Shown here: in pieces, positions 31,501 to 44,065 of the stretch | Numbering within the stretch: position 1 is the stretch's first letter | Layout: each line of letters starts with the position of its first letter | NCBI GenBank assembly: GCA_051362555.1 | Contig: CM120643.1 | Location: 25,238,848-25,302,847, forward strand | Source of the DNA: Lingula anatina | Taxonomy: Eukaryota > Animalia > Brachiopoda | Length of the DNA stretch: 64,000 nucleotides | Reading direction: 5' to 3' | Made by a program: the position numbers and the translations under genes | Notes under the pieces: model-generated | The model's input: the letters and a program-made list of their open reading frames with translations, nothing else | Database searches by the model: none | Told to the model about the DNA's origin: nothing

Positions 31501-34028
31501 GCAATTAAATCTTGCCATGCTTTAAAGTGGGCCATGCCATATTTGATCGGCAGACTAGTTAGTCTACGGATCAACTGTTCTGAATGTGCTCTGAGTCAAA
31601 CAGAGGCTATGACACTGGGTCAAGGTCATTAAGGAGGGGGTCAAATAAAGGTCATTATTACCTGGGGTCAAACCTTGGGGTAAAGAGAGGAGTATCACAG
31701 GTGGTCTTTCCTCCAGCTCTACCAAAAGGTGTTTGGTAGCTTGCATTCTGTGTTGTCCTGGCTGTGGCCCTTCTGCAACAATTCAAAATGGTACCAAGTA
31801 AAAATTTGATAACAACAGTGTTAAGGATTGAATTATTCTCTTATGTAAATTTCTACCAGTATAGTACTTTGGTTTGATCTACACCGTGTTACAAAATTCT
31901 TGTAAATATCACTGGGTAAATCCATGGGAGTATTAACTGGCACAGTACTTAAAACAAATAAGATAATCTGCTCCCTGAAAACTGTGAATGCCCCATGCAA
32001 TGCCAAGGTCACATTGACCTAGTAGCCTATATACCCATAGCACTCACTTATCAGACCTCTTCTTTCCATTTTTGGCTCATGTCATATTAACAATATATTT
32101 ATTATTATTATTATCATTATCATCACCAGTTTCCTAAAAGTCTTGATTGTAGTAAACTAAGGGTTATGAGTCACAATGACATAACCTAATGTAATACTTA
32201 TATCAATCTTTTTCATTTTTTAATCATAAACTTATAGACCCTTTGTTGTTTTAAAGGATTGAAAAGCCTTTGTCTTTAATAAATTCAACTGTGTATACCT
32301 AGTTCTTCCTGTGGTGGGTGGAGGTGGCGGGGGCATGTTACTGGCATCTCCCAGCACCGCCTTTCCTCTGCGTGTTGGTTTCTGAAACAACAACAACAAA
32401 AATTTGATCATCGAAAGATTGCAAATTCTGTTAATAGATTTCTATAAGGTGCATGTATTCACGCATTTGATGTTCAAATACTAGTATACCACCAAATCAT
32501 TATCAAGTATACTTACCCACTGGACAATTACTCAAAATTAATCTGATAGCTTAGACATCTTGAAATGATCTGCAGAAAATCCTCAAGCAATACTTGTTCA
32601 AAATTAAATGTTTTTGTATTCCCATGGAGAACACCTCAAAAACTTTTTTGTGACCCTATTTTTGAAGCTAGAACAGATTGGAGAGGGTTTTTTTATGCAG
32701 AAATGTTTTTGTGTAACAGAACAGAGCATACATAAAAAAAGAAATAATAATAATAAAACACCAGGAGGTGGGGGAAATATTGTCTCAAAGTTTTTTAAAG
32801 GTTGTTCAGTAAGCAGAAAATAATTTCTAATGTCAATTGTGTCTAACTGGGAAGGCTTTGGTATCTGTCCTTGCTGACCTTTTTGGTTGTGGTTTCTTCT
32901 TCCTCTTCTTCTATGGTAGCACATGTGCTAGATGTCTTGGAAACAGTTCTCAATCTCTGACAGCTTAACAAGATAAATATATATAGCATAATATGTAGCC
33001 AGTATTGCAGTAATTGATATGTATGTATATAAAAAAACACTGTGGTCTTATAATAAAAATAAATCATTATCTGTTCAAAAAACGTTTTTACTTTATAAGA
33101 CTAAATCTTTTGTAGAGGCACTTACTGTCTTACATCAAATCATTCAATCTTTAACACATTTGTCAGTCACATAAAGTTATAAACAAAAATAATACACCTT
33201 ATGAATTTGCTCTTAAACTTAACACATGCCTTGTGACTAAATAATTAATTATCAAAAAGGTTTCCTTAAACAGTATTCTGCATATCCAATAGGGGACTTT
33301 TGATACTTAATGATGCCATTTTATTACTTACGAAAGTTTGGAATCTATGGTCGCTGAAAGTGTTCCTACAAGTTCCTCTGCCTCATGCATGCTGACTGCA
33401 CTGATAGTACCACCAAGTTCTGGAAAATAAACACAAAGAAATGATATTTTAAAACAAAAACCAAAATGGTGGGAAAAAACACCAATTTTACGTGTTACCT
33501 TCCTGAGTTTTAATACGATAGGCTTCTTGTTAAAATCACCATTCACAAACTGTTTAAAAATGCCTTTCCATTTCCTTCAATTTTTACTTGAATTCTTACC
33601 ACAAACTTTTACATTTAGTTGGAGAAAAAATTTACCTAGTTGCTACTTACTGAGAAATTCTGATCTTTTCATGTCTCTTATATGCTGGAATAAAACAAAA
33701 TATCAGTATTAGTATAAGATGCATTACAGCTGAGAACCTCAATCATATGATCACTACATGCTTCAATAACTGAAGAAAGACATCCAAAGTAAAAACTTAT
33801 AGAAATTCTAAAATACTTTTAAGTAGTGCTTATTGTAGTTATCATAGATTTGACCTTTGTTATCTTTATAAAATGATGACTATAAAACCTAAATGCCATG
33901 AAAAAAATTTAATTCAAGGAAAAATCGTGTGCAATTCCTTAATTATTTTTAATATGTAGCAGACATGCATATGAAAAATAAAAACTAAAACATAACACTG
34001 TGCTACTATCATTACTTTTATAAATGCT

Positions 34029-34073
<45 letters not shown>

Positions 34074-34802
34074 TAATCTCCTTTATTTTATTTAGTTTTT
34101 CTTACTTTTGGCAGTTTGGTTAGTTCCAACCTGTACAAACTCTCTATTTTCTGACAATTCCTTTTGGCTTCAGCTCTCATCTTGGCAATACGATCCTTCA
34201 CTGTAGGGAACGAAAGTAGATGATAATATCATATGACACCTGTCAGTTTTGTAAAAAGTAACTCCCTTTTGTAAAAAAAAAAAACTTATCCTGAATTTGT
34301 TCTATTGACTTTGGAGGTATCCCCATTATAATTTCCAAATACATGTAGAGAATAAAAATTTCAGAATGTTAAGTGAATAAGGGAGTTACTGTTTACACTA
34401 GGCTTTTTGGGAAGCAACTGTGCATGACTCTTATCTTGACACCATACACCCCTTAATTGTAGTGTAACAGTGACTGTGCATTTCACATTGCAATCAACTA
34501 GTGCTACATGTACTTTACTAGCACAAATATACGACCCCCCTCCCCCCTTAATGTTATGATAATTGTTTATATTAATTTCGCGGTAGAGACTTTCTGAACA
34601 TGGACTTCACTCTTTATATCAATGGTCATAGCTAAAAATTATTATGGAATCTGTTTTGTTTACCATGAACATCAAAGTCCTTCAAAAACAATTCCATCTT
34701 CGCTCTCCTTTCCTCAAGGGTCAGATCTTTTCCTTCGTCTCCAGAAGGAGCTTTTGGCTTTGCCCTGGACACTGCCCTTGTCCTGCGTTTTCTGGGAGGC
34801 AT
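28529..34802 (-). CDS. CDCA8: Borealin (chromosomal passenger complex), 9 exons, ~299 aa
   Basis: Exons 34664-34802, 34106-34200, 33651-33684, 33332-33419, 32879-32963, 32299-32381, 31662-31772, 30840-30990, 28529-28642 (900 nt, phases fit). N-terminal FLKDFDVHVKDRIAKM...LYRLELTKLPKHIRDM; TPRFDPRLPNTPG; YSMAGSPLA; C-terminal dimerisation helices. Confidence 0.9.
28820..30620 (-). mobile_element. HINE element copy 2, in the last Borealin intron
   Basis: Same termini, hairpins, GC-rich microsatellite and 146-bp units (29588, 29734) as 25946-28004. Confidence 0.85.
31402..31577. repeat. Inverted-repeat element in Borealin intron 7
   Basis: GTTGATCCACGGACTAACTAGTCTGCGGACCAAATGTGGC pairs with GCCATATTTGATCGGCAGACTAGTTAGTCTACGGATCAAC. 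Related half-copies lie at ~6965 and ~61180. Confidence 0.65.
34031..34071. repeat. (TA)n microsatellite
   Basis: Direct inspection. Confidence 0.95.
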
Positions 34803-34879
34803 TTTCCTTTTAATTTTATCAGATGAGCTGCAGTAATAATCAAATAATGTCCTCAACTTCGAACACACAGATGAAATTT

Positions 34880-34962
34880 ACTTCCGCCGAAAATTTGAAC
34901 AAAAACTAGGTCAACCAATCAAAAATGCTCTCTTTGATCATGTGACCAATATGGCAGCCTCC
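34880..34962. promoter_or_regulatory. Bidirectional promoter of CDCA8 / C1orf109-like gene
   Basis: E2F/CDE-like TTCCGCCG, 4 nt, then CHR TTTGAA (34894-34899). CCAAT at 34915 and 34946 (31 bp apart); E-box TCATGTGAC; YY1-like CAATATGGCAGC. Confidence 0.6.
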
Positions 34963-36377
34963 ATTGAGCCACCAGCAGGTTGATGTTAGAGAGATGCAGT
35001 TGAACGTTTTCCAATGTATTTTGGCAAATTAAACGATGTTCAGTTTATTTAAAAGTGTATCTTCAAGCGCAGTAAGGTTGACTTTGTTTAAGGTATGAAC
35101 GATCATGAAGCATGTCCAAGATGCTCGTAAACCAAGCTCGGGATCCAAAACGTTTGGGATCCTAGAGTAGAGGCTAGACCAAACTTAAATTTTCTCAAGA
35201 AATACGGATCGAAGTAATGCCGAAATATCAGCAAGGGAGAGAAAACAGTTGACTGATGCTAGTAAATGATAAATCACAAATTTATCATGGGCTTGGTGTT
35301 ATGTGGTTTTTGATGTATCCGCTGATCAAGGTGACAGCTGATAGTCTAAACCGGGTCCTACGAAAATACGAAAACTGCGAAAACCAGAAATTGCTAGGCG
35401 AAAACCTCACTATAACTTACCAATTCTCGATGTTCTTGACAAGTTGCTGTAATATTTGGATAACTTGGACCATATTACATACATCATGACCTTTGATAAC
35501 GATGTTGTAATGAATTGAGTATGTTACAGCTGAGTTTTCTAGGTCGGCAACTATAGTGCGTGGGAGCCATGTTTGGTTTACAATTGGCATATATAAACAG
35601 CAGTGTCCCCTCAGGCCAGTATTGCCATATCAGGCCAGTATTGCCCTCTCAGGTTAGTAATGCTTTTCCAGGCAAGTAATACTCTCTCAAGTACTATATG
35701 AAGTGCATAACACAGATTACCTGCATTCTTAGTAATGCAAAGTTTATTAATAAATAGGATTTAATAGATATGCACAAAGTAGAACTTTTTTTTCATTCCA
35801 ACCAGAAGTGAAACTACACATCAATGCTTGTAAAAAGTGCCCATTTTAATACACCACACATGTAGAGTCTATATTGTATGAGCTTTGAACCTGCATAGAA
35901 TTTACACTCCTACTTTTCCAAATATAAAATGAGTAGCATTGTTTAATAAAGTGACCAGCATAGAGCAATTTATAAAGCATTATGAAAATGTAGGTTCTAA
36001 TTAACATAATTGATAATATTCAATATATATAATTATGGTGAATACAATTAAATTATTTTTATTAAAACATTTTTTCCTCTGAACTTGATCCATGGCCACT
36101 GATTTTGTTATTTAATTACATTTTATCTTACTCTTTTTGAAAAGATATTCATGCACAGCCATTTGTTACACTAATTGTTTTCCACTTAATAAACCAAATC
36201 CATTTCTAAAGCATCAATTAATTTATACAATGTAGATTGTATATATGTGTATCCTAAGGTGTCTAATACACATTTTACCTTCAAATCAATGTGCTTAATT
36301 GTTTTTACATTTGGGTTCTGTGTATGTGCCAGTATACAGAGATAAGCTCTTTTAACTCTGAAAAAATGTCAATAGTC

Positions 36378-36381
<4 letters not shown>

Positions 36382-36421
<40 letters not shown>

Positions 36422-39400
36422 TGCATTTATTCACTCAAAAAAAAAAGAAAAAAGAAAATATACAAAGATAATCAAAGATTGAAAGATTGAATGCATGTAA
36501 TACAATGCTGGTGATAATTACGGTAATTAAATACTAATAGGTAAATAAAAAGATCATAAATATATAGATTTACTCTCACTCACTCATCCATCCATACATA
36601 CTACGCGTATGCATGCTTGTTGTGAGCTACATCTCGGCAACTATGTCATATATAATGAAATATTTAGACAGAAAATCAAAGATTAAATGCATATGATACT
36701 GATAATAATTACGGTAATTAAATACTGATAAATAAATAAGAACATAAATATATAGACTTACTTTCACTCACTCATCCGTCCATACATACTACACGTATAC
36801 ATGCTTGTTGTGAACTACATAACGGCAACTATAGCGTACTAGAGGTGAAAATTTTAACACGTTATGGTAGGAATGCGTTTCCATTTTGTATTGAACCTGT
36901 CTTCTTTTCCTGTCTTTATAGCAATGTATTTTTCTATTTTCTTCTTCTGACTAAGAAAATGCAGAAACAGTTCAAAATCATAGACTGATGGATTTTCTGA
37001 ATTTTTGTTTATGAATTGTTTAGCCACAATAATGCAGAAATTTAAAGCTTTTACGCGCTGGTCGCTTGACAGACACCCGTACATTATAGTTTTTTCATTT
37101 TTTCTGAAGTGTATGGTGTTATTCGGAATGTTCCACCAGTTTTCAAATGCAATCCAAAAATTTCTTGCACGTACACATTCTACAAAACGATGTATTATTG
37201 TTTCTTTCATATGGCAGTTAATACATCCTGGGCTAGTAACTATTTTCATTTTGAACAGTGTAGAATTTGTGTACAGCACATTGTGAATTATTCTGTATTG
37301 CATTATTTGTAGTTGAGTTTCTTTGACAGACTCAAATGGTATCAAGAAAACTCTCTGCCAATCATTTTCACTTACGCCTGATTTGATAAGATGCAAACTT
37401 GCTGTGGGTAAATTTATTACATTTCTTTCTATTAGCTTATCGTAAATGGTTTTTGTAGAGGCTAGAGTCCATACTATCTCATCTGAGTCTGTGTTGTCAA
37501 CTGTTTCTGCATTTTCCCGAAGTTTACGTAACCATGATATCGGAATTGATTTTTTTACTTTTTCGTATTCTAGAAAATTCGGCAGCTTAATGTCGAAGTT
37601 GTGTTGATTTATTATTTCTTCTAATGATATAAATTCACCATTAATATTTATAATATCTTGCATATAATTTACTCCGGCTTTTGACCAATGCCTTAGATAT
37701 ATTGACTTTTTGTTTACAAGTATGAATCTATTATTCCATATTATCTGTTTCTTTATATCGGAGGCATTATTAGGGTCTGTTTGTATTACATCACTCCATG
37801 CATCTAGCATGGCTACGTAAAAAGGTGGTATGTCCGAAATGTTAATATTCTTCAGTTCATAATTACAACTGAAAATAAGTTTTCCTCCCACACTTCTTAA
37901 ATATTTCAGTATGTTTATAACCCACGGATCATCGTTGTCAGCTAACATTATGCGCTTAACCATTGAGGCCTTCAGAGACCGCACGTGCGATGGCACATGC
38001 GTCAAATTTAAACCACCTTTACTCTTTGGGGCTATTAATGTATTTTGCTTTAATTTTGGTTTTTTATCATTCCATAGAAATTTTTTGAATGAAGCATCTA
38101 TCCTCAAAATAATATCATTTGGGGTCTCAAGAACTGTATTAGCATAAACCAGTTTAGCCAGACCCAATGTTTTCAGTATTTGTATCTTTCCAATCCATGT
38201 GAGGTCTCTGCTGGACCAAAGGTTAAGCAGCTTTTCAATTTGATCAACTTTACTATCGAAGTCTAGAAACCTGCAGCTTTCGTAATCGTAAGAGAAATGA
38301 ATTCCGAGAGCTTTTATTGGTCTATCCGGCCATAGCAACCCGAGGGGCTTTTCGTCGTTGAATCTATTGCTTCCAAGCCACAGGGCTTCGGACTTGCTCA
38401 AGTTTAGTTCTAAACCAGAAATTTGTTTGAATTCAGATATTAATTTCAATGCGTTTTTAGCGGACCCAACATCATTTAGAAATAGCGTTGTATCGTCGGC
38501 ATATTGGCATAATTTGTGTTCATGACGATCAATAGTAATTCCCCGTATGGATGGATCTGCGCGTATTGCGCAGGCTAGTATTTCTACGGCCAGCACGAAT
38601 AAAGGGCCGGACAGTGGGCATCCTTGTCTTACACCTCTTGTAATTGAAAAGAATCGCGAGGAATATCCGTTGTTTGTAATACAACTGGAAGCATTGGCGT
38701 ACATAATGTCAAACCACTGAATGAAGTCAGGGCCAAAGTTGAATATTTTCAGGCATTTTTTTATAAATTCCCATTCAATGCAATCGAACGCTTTTTTAAA
38801 ATCTAAGAAAATTGCCATCCCTTCTTTATTTTGCCTTTTTGTTGAGTACATAAGATCCCAGATGAGTCTTATATTTTCACCGATATATCTTTTTTTAACG
38901 TACCCGGTTTGGTTTTTGTTGATAATGGTTGGTAAAGTCATTTCCATTCGTTTTGCAAGTGCTTTTGCGGCTATTTTGTAGCTTACGCTTAGCAAAGAAA
39001 TAGGTCGCCAGTTTTCCAAACGGTGTCTATCCTTGTCTTTTTTGGGAATTAGTGTTATTATGCCCTGCCGTTGGCTAATATTTAACTGACCAGTTTCAAA
39101 AGCAAAATTTAAACAGTCTGCCATTTCCTCTCCTAATTCTTCCCAGAATTTCATGTAAAATTCTGCGGAGAGCCCATCGACACCCGGGGTTTTATTCTTC
39201 TTTTTTGTAAGTTCTTTGAGTGCGTTTTTGCACTCGTTGATGGTTAGCTTTCCTTCACATGCGATTTTTAGGTCGTTTGGAATTTGGGGTATGTTTTGTA
39301 CATTGAAAAATTTGTTTGAGATTCTCTCGTTAAAGGTAGTGTTCTGTGAGGTGTACAAATTTTCATAAAACTTTTCCTGTTCTTGTAGAATATCTTTATC

Positions 39401-40176
39401 GTTAGTTACTGTTAGTGTATCATTAATTTCTAGTTTTGTAATTGTATTTCTGACCCGATTCCGTTTTTCCAAGTTGATAAAGTAATTTGTATTGCGTTCG
39501 CCCTTTTCGTACCATCTCACTTTACTGCGCATTATTGCACCTTCAGTTTTAGCTTCTAAGATTAAATCATATTCAGTCTTAAGTTTTTCTAATTCTTTAG
39601 CTTTTTCTTTATTAAATTGATTGTCTATCTCGGCTTGTAGCGCGTTGATTTTTTTCCAAATGTCTCTTTCATTTTCTCTATGTTGTTTAGATTTTTGCTT
39701 TGAAAATTTTATTGAAAACTGCCGTATTTCCATGGTTATCATATCAAATGCTAAACCACGGTCCTCTAAGTAATTGTATCTGTTTTTTGCTTCATTAATT
39801 ACAATTTTCATTTCGTTAATATATCTTTCGTCTCCTAGTAAAGTATTATTGTGTTTCCAAAACCCTCGCCCTCTAACTGTCACATCTTTTGTCTTTAAAA
39901 ACAAAGATATTGCATCATGATCAGTGTAAGGTGCGTACAGTATCTCCGCCTTTTCTATAAAACAATTTTCTATAAGTTCGTTAGATGTTATCCAGTAGTC
40001 TAGTCTGCAGGAAATTTTTGATTCGGAGTTTTTCCATGTGTATCTTCTTTCTGCACCATGGAACTTTCTCCATGTGTCATTTAAATGATATTTTTTCATA
40101 ATAGTTTGTATTTCATGTATAACTTTATCTTTAATGTGTGTGGACAATCCACCATGTTTATCTAGCTTGGACAATA
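36382..40176 (-). mobile_element. 5'-truncated L1/Tx1-clade LINE with poly(A) tail and 14-bp TSD
   Basis: Poly(T) ~36380-36419 on the + strand; TSD GTCAATAGTCAGTT at 36368-36381 and 40177-40190; duplicated ~165-bp block in the 3' UTR. Confidence 0.93.
36854..40174 (-). CDS. LINE ORF2: C-terminal part of APE endonuclease, reverse transcriptase, CCHC knuckle (1106 aa, uninterrupted, N-truncated)
   Basis: APE motifs DTWR, YTW, RLDY, TDHDAI; RT motifs KTPGVDGL, WRPISLL, DFKKAFD, GVRQGCPLS, QYADD; knuckle CINC..ETIIHRFVEC. Confidence 0.93.
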   Translation of the reverse strand: MSKLDKHGGLSTHIKDKVIHEIQTIMKKYHLNDTWRKFHGAERRYTWKNSESKISCRLDYWITSNELIENCFIEKAEILYAPYTDHDAISLFLKTKDVTVRGRGFWKHNNTLLGDERYINEMKIVINEAKNRYNYLEDRGLAFDMITMEIRQFSIKFSKQKSKQHRENERDIWKKINALQAEIDNQFNKEKAKELEKLKTEYDLILEAKTEGAIMRSKVRWYEKGERNTNYFINLEKRNRVRNTITKLEINDTLTVTNDKDILQEQEKFYENLYTSQNTTFNERISNKFFNVQNIPQIPNDLKIACEGKLTINECKNALKELTKKKNKTPGVDGLSAEFYMKFWEELGEEMADCLNFAFETGQLNISQRQGIITLIPKKDKDRHRLENWRPISLLSVSYKIAAKALAKRMEMTLPTIINKNQTGYVKKRYIGENIRLIWDLMYSTKRQNKEGMAIFLDFKKAFDCIEWEFIKKCLKIFNFGPDFIQWFDIMYANASSCITNNGYSSRFFSITRGVRQGCPLSGPLFVLAVEILACAIRADPSIRGITIDRHEHKLCQYADDTTLFLNDVGSAKNALKLISEFKQISGLELNLSKSEALWLGSNRFNDEKPLGLLWPDRPIKALGIHFSYDYESCRFLDFDSKVDQIEKLLNLWSSRDLTWIGKIQILKTLGLAKLVYANTVLETPNDIILRIDASFKKFLWNDKKPKLKQNTLIAPKSKGGLNLTHVPSHVRSLKASMVKRIMLADNDDPWVINILKYLRSVGGKLIFSCNYELKNINISDIPPFYVAMLDAWSDVIQTDPNNASDIKKQIIWNNRFILVNKKSIYLRHWSKAGVNYMQDIININGEFISLEEIINQHNFDIKLPNFLEYEKVKKSIPISWLRKLRENAETVDNTDSDEIVWTLASTKTIYDKLIERNVINLPTASLHLIKSGVSENDWQRVFLIPFESVKETQLQIMQYRIIHNVLYTNSTLFKMKIVTSPGCINCHMKETIIHRFVECVRARNFWIAFENWWNIPNNTIHFRKNEKTIMYGCLSSDQRVKALNFCIIVAKQFINKNSENPSVYDFELFLHFLSQKKKIEKYIAIKTGKEDRFNTKWKRIPTITC

Positions 40177-40822
40177 GTCAATAGTCAGTTAATCATGCAT
40201 ATATATTATATGCACAATAATAGAGAAAAAAAGGAAAAAGGAACACACATTAAACACATGTACTGGTACTCTGATTTGCAGGAGGCATTTTCTCTTGAAA
40301 GGAGATATAACAGATTACAACTGAATGATGTTATGTGATTGACATAATAAATAGGTTACTCCTAGAGTTTTAGGCAGTGCACATCTAATTTCGTAATTGA
40401 TATGATATGATTATCTTTCAATTCCATATCTATTTCATCATTTCTGTGTCTATGCTGTGTTTTAAGACTTCAACTTTTTGTATGGTAAGTTTTTATCAGT
40501 TTGAAGCACCCTGCATGTGTTTTGTTGAAGATTGCCAAAAAGCAAATGAAGTTATGTATATCAAGATAGTCCATAACATGTTAACACCTTGGTATTTTCC
40601 ACTATTTGCTGATTATTGGCATGCTGTAATATCAAGGGACTGTTGACAGTTCTTATTTGCCAGGAAGTTGATCAATAGTAAATAATAGTGTGTGCTTGTA
40701 TATTTCATTTGCCATATATTTTAAAGCATGTAATATACCAAACAGAGTCCTTGGGCTTGCATTCTGCTTGGTATAATAAAAGGAATATGAAATAAAAAGT
40801 GTTAGTTTTCTTGTAAAGAATA

Positions 40823-41102
40823 TTATTACCTCTGCCAAGGAGGCTATGTTTTATCACCCCTGTTTGTTTGTTTGTCATCATCATAACTAAAAAGTTATGG
40901 ATAAATTTCGATAGCATTTTCAGGGTAGGTCAGAAATGGGTTAACTTAGAAGGGATTAGTTTTTGGTGGTGAACTGGATCAATAATCAATCAATAATAAA
41001 AAACTAAATCATTATAGAATGAAAATTTAGGAGTAAAATGGCATTGGATCGACACTCTGCTGCCTTAGTGGAGGTCTGCGGTCTCTTAGTGCTTTTCTAG
41101 TT
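40823..41102 (+). mobile_element. HINE/DINE-1-like short element
   Basis: 5' ATTACCTCTGCCAAGGAGG, (TTTG)n microsatellite, 3' CCTTAGTGGAGGTCTGCGGTCTCTTAGTGCTTTTCTAGTT. Confidence 0.75.
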
Positions 41103-42246
41103 GCCATTATTAATAAATTATTGTGTACACTTTGTACTTTAAAAGTATTATAAGTTCTCAACCAATGCATTTCTCAATGGTGTATAATATATTGGGAAAG
41201 GAAGGTAACAATTTTGAAACAGATCATTAGTCCACTATTCTGAATGTGGCCTATATTTGTAAAATTGTCAGCTCTCTACCATATTAATTCTCCTCTAAAA
41301 CTTTATTCCTTTAAATATCTGGCCAAATAAGAATTATGCTTTGGCAATAGCATATAACTCCCATATGATTTGAACTACTTTTGAAAGGGGACATTATTCT
41401 AGGTCAAAAACAAATGTTGCTTTAGTTCTAAATGCTTTAGCCATCATAAATGGGTTTAAACCCTGATAAAACTATAATCAGAATACATGTACTTAGACAA
41501 ATTATTATGAATCTACATATTTAAGGTCATAGATTGTGTTGCGCTTTACAGAGCACCCATACTTATTCATATGTAACATGTTCTAAGGCCAAAATAAAAA
41601 ACTTCAGACAAATGCATTGAACGATTTGGATGTGTTTATTCTCAGAACTCGCTAGTCCGAAATGCATACCACATACACAGCACAAATTGCGTTTTCTTAA
41701 AAGAATTTTTGTATCTTTCTGATTACCATTGGGATTTACTACCTACTGAATTCATGTCATTGTTTAGATGTTATGATTGAATCAGTCCCATAAGTATTGT
41801 GGTCAGGAGGGTTAAGTTGACAATGGCTAACTGTTATCCGCAGGTGTAAAAGAAATGACTGAATTGCATATATTAAATTTGGTGTGTAAAATGGTTCAAA
41901 TTTTGTGAAGACCTGGGATTTCTTTCACACAAACAAGTTAACAAGCTAACAAACAGAAAAGTATATTTTGAGACACACATTATAAATACTTATTTCATCG
42001 AGTTAAAGATGCATCTAAAAATGCATATTCATCATATATTCTAATATCATGAAACAGCCAGAAGGCCAAGCACACATTTGGGTAGAATTCTTAAAGGAAA
42101 AAAACATACAGTCTGTGTATTCTGGAAATTCAACACCTATGGGATTTTTAATTAACTGATGGTCATTATGATTGCATACTTTTCACAAACAAATGCACCC
42201 TTGGATTCTAATTAAAATCAATTTATTAGATTCTGTTAAGTTTAAG

Positions 42247-42510
42247 TGCTCTCTGACCTTATTTTTTAATGAATTAACACAATCTATATACATCCATTTG
42301 AAAGAAACAGAAAATTGAAAAATTAAGTGATATACAACATAATCCCCATCAATTTTTATTTATCTACTTTAAGTAATACTGTTTATTGTAACTGCTCTCT
42401 GACTTTTTTAACAAATTAACACAATATTAAGTATATACATCCATTTGAAAGAAACAAAATCGAAAAATGAAGTGATAAACAACATAATAACCATCGATTT
42501 TTATTTATCT
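42247..42510. repeat. Two-copy tandem duplication, ~146-bp period
   Basis: TGCTCTCTGAC...TATATACATCCATTTGAAAGAAACA... at 42247 and 42393. Confidence 0.8.
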
Positions 42511-42689
42511 CCTCTAGGAGGGTTTCATGCATTTTGATGCAATAATACATAATCCTTAACAGCATTACCACCAACAATTTTATGGATAACTAATAAATGG
42601 GTTTCATGCCCATATTGAAAATGAAAAAAAAAAAAAAAAAAGTGAATGAAATTCCACCCTAAACTGCATAACTTTCAGACAAAAAATAA

Positions 42690-42729
<40 letters not shown>

Positions 42730-44065
42730 GAGGTACAAGATAGAAAATATCAATGCTGATGCAATAATACATTTTGCTCGACAGCAGAGTCAGCAACAAA
42801 TATCACATGGCTTCAGGCCCATTAATTCAAATTCTCAGCTCTGTTTGAAAATGACAAAATGTGTAAAAAATTCACCAAGAAATTGCAAAAATTCATGGAA
42901 AATAAGTAGCAGTGAACTTAAATTTGTTGACACTGACAGCTAGATGGACTTAATTAGTGACAGCTAAGACTGCAGCTGTAACTAGTTAAGTCTTGATCAT
43001 TTCTTGATCATTATTGATTTAGCACTTACCTGAGGGCACAGAGCCACAGAAGCATACCATTAAATGACAACCAGATCCTAATGAGTGTAATGTCAAATGA
43101 ACCTACAAGTTCTTTGATAAAACTGTTATTAATATAAAATATACTACAATCCATGCATTAAAAATAAAAAGCACGCAAGTCCACGGGTCAGTATTAACAA
43201 TACACTGTAGTTGTCTCAGAATAAGACTTTAGTCCCTTTTCTTAAAAAATAAATTGCCAGTGCACAAATTGACTAAATATGTATTGATAACTGTTTTGGT
43301 AAAATGGAATTTGGTATGTAGAGAGCCTTTATTTTAACATGATTTGAACAAACAAAAACAACTTTTTTATGATGAAAAACATTTAATGGTTCAATATTTC
43401 TTTTATAAAGTTTAATGCAAATACAAAGTTCTTACGACTTCATGTACAGTTAGAAGGAATTTTTCTCATGCACAAATAACACATTTACAAATAAAGCATT
43501 AATTAACTTAAAGTTGGTACAATGTTGTAAATGTTACTTGATAAATGTTTGTTAGTTTCTTATATGTATCTATTAAGTAAGCAGAAAATATTGTGCTGTT
43601 ATCCACATTCATATGCCTGAGAGAGCATTACTGGCATGAGAGGGCAATACTGGCCTGAGATGGCAATACTGGCCTGAGGGGACACTGCTGTTTATATATG
43701 CCAGTTGTAAACCAAACATGGCTCCCACGCACTATAGTTGCCGATCTAGAAAACTCAGCTGTTACATACTCAATTCATTACAACATCGTTATCAAAGGTC
43801 ATGATGTATGTAATATAGTCCAAGTTATCCAAATATTACAGCAACTTGTCAAGAACATCGAGAATTGGTAAGTTATAGTGAGGTTTTCGCCTAGCAACTT
43901 CTGGTTTTCGCGGTTTTCGCGGTTTTCGTATTTTCGTAGGACCGGGTTTGGGTGTCTAAACCCTAATGCTTTTATCTACTATAATATCCATAATCGTATC
44001 CTGCACATGTTATTATGATTATCATAATCTTCATATTTTTCCAGGTATTTAAGTGATATAACCCA

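Larger units (their letters stand above)
35353..43944. mobile_element. 8.6-kb non-autonomous long-TIR DNA transposon (MULE/foldback-like)
   Basis: Near-identical ~330-bp inverted repeats at 35353-35690 and 43615-43944, with terminal CGAAAA subrepeats. The 9-bp direct repeat GTCTAAACC occurs at 35344 and 43954 (the right copy is offset by 9 nt). No transposase was recognised. Confidence 0.82.

Noticed and set aside
40400-43600. Transposase or Ulp1 protease inside the long-TIR element
   Set aside because: Only short AT-rich ORFs without convincing DDE or protease motifs; TBLASTN would be needed.
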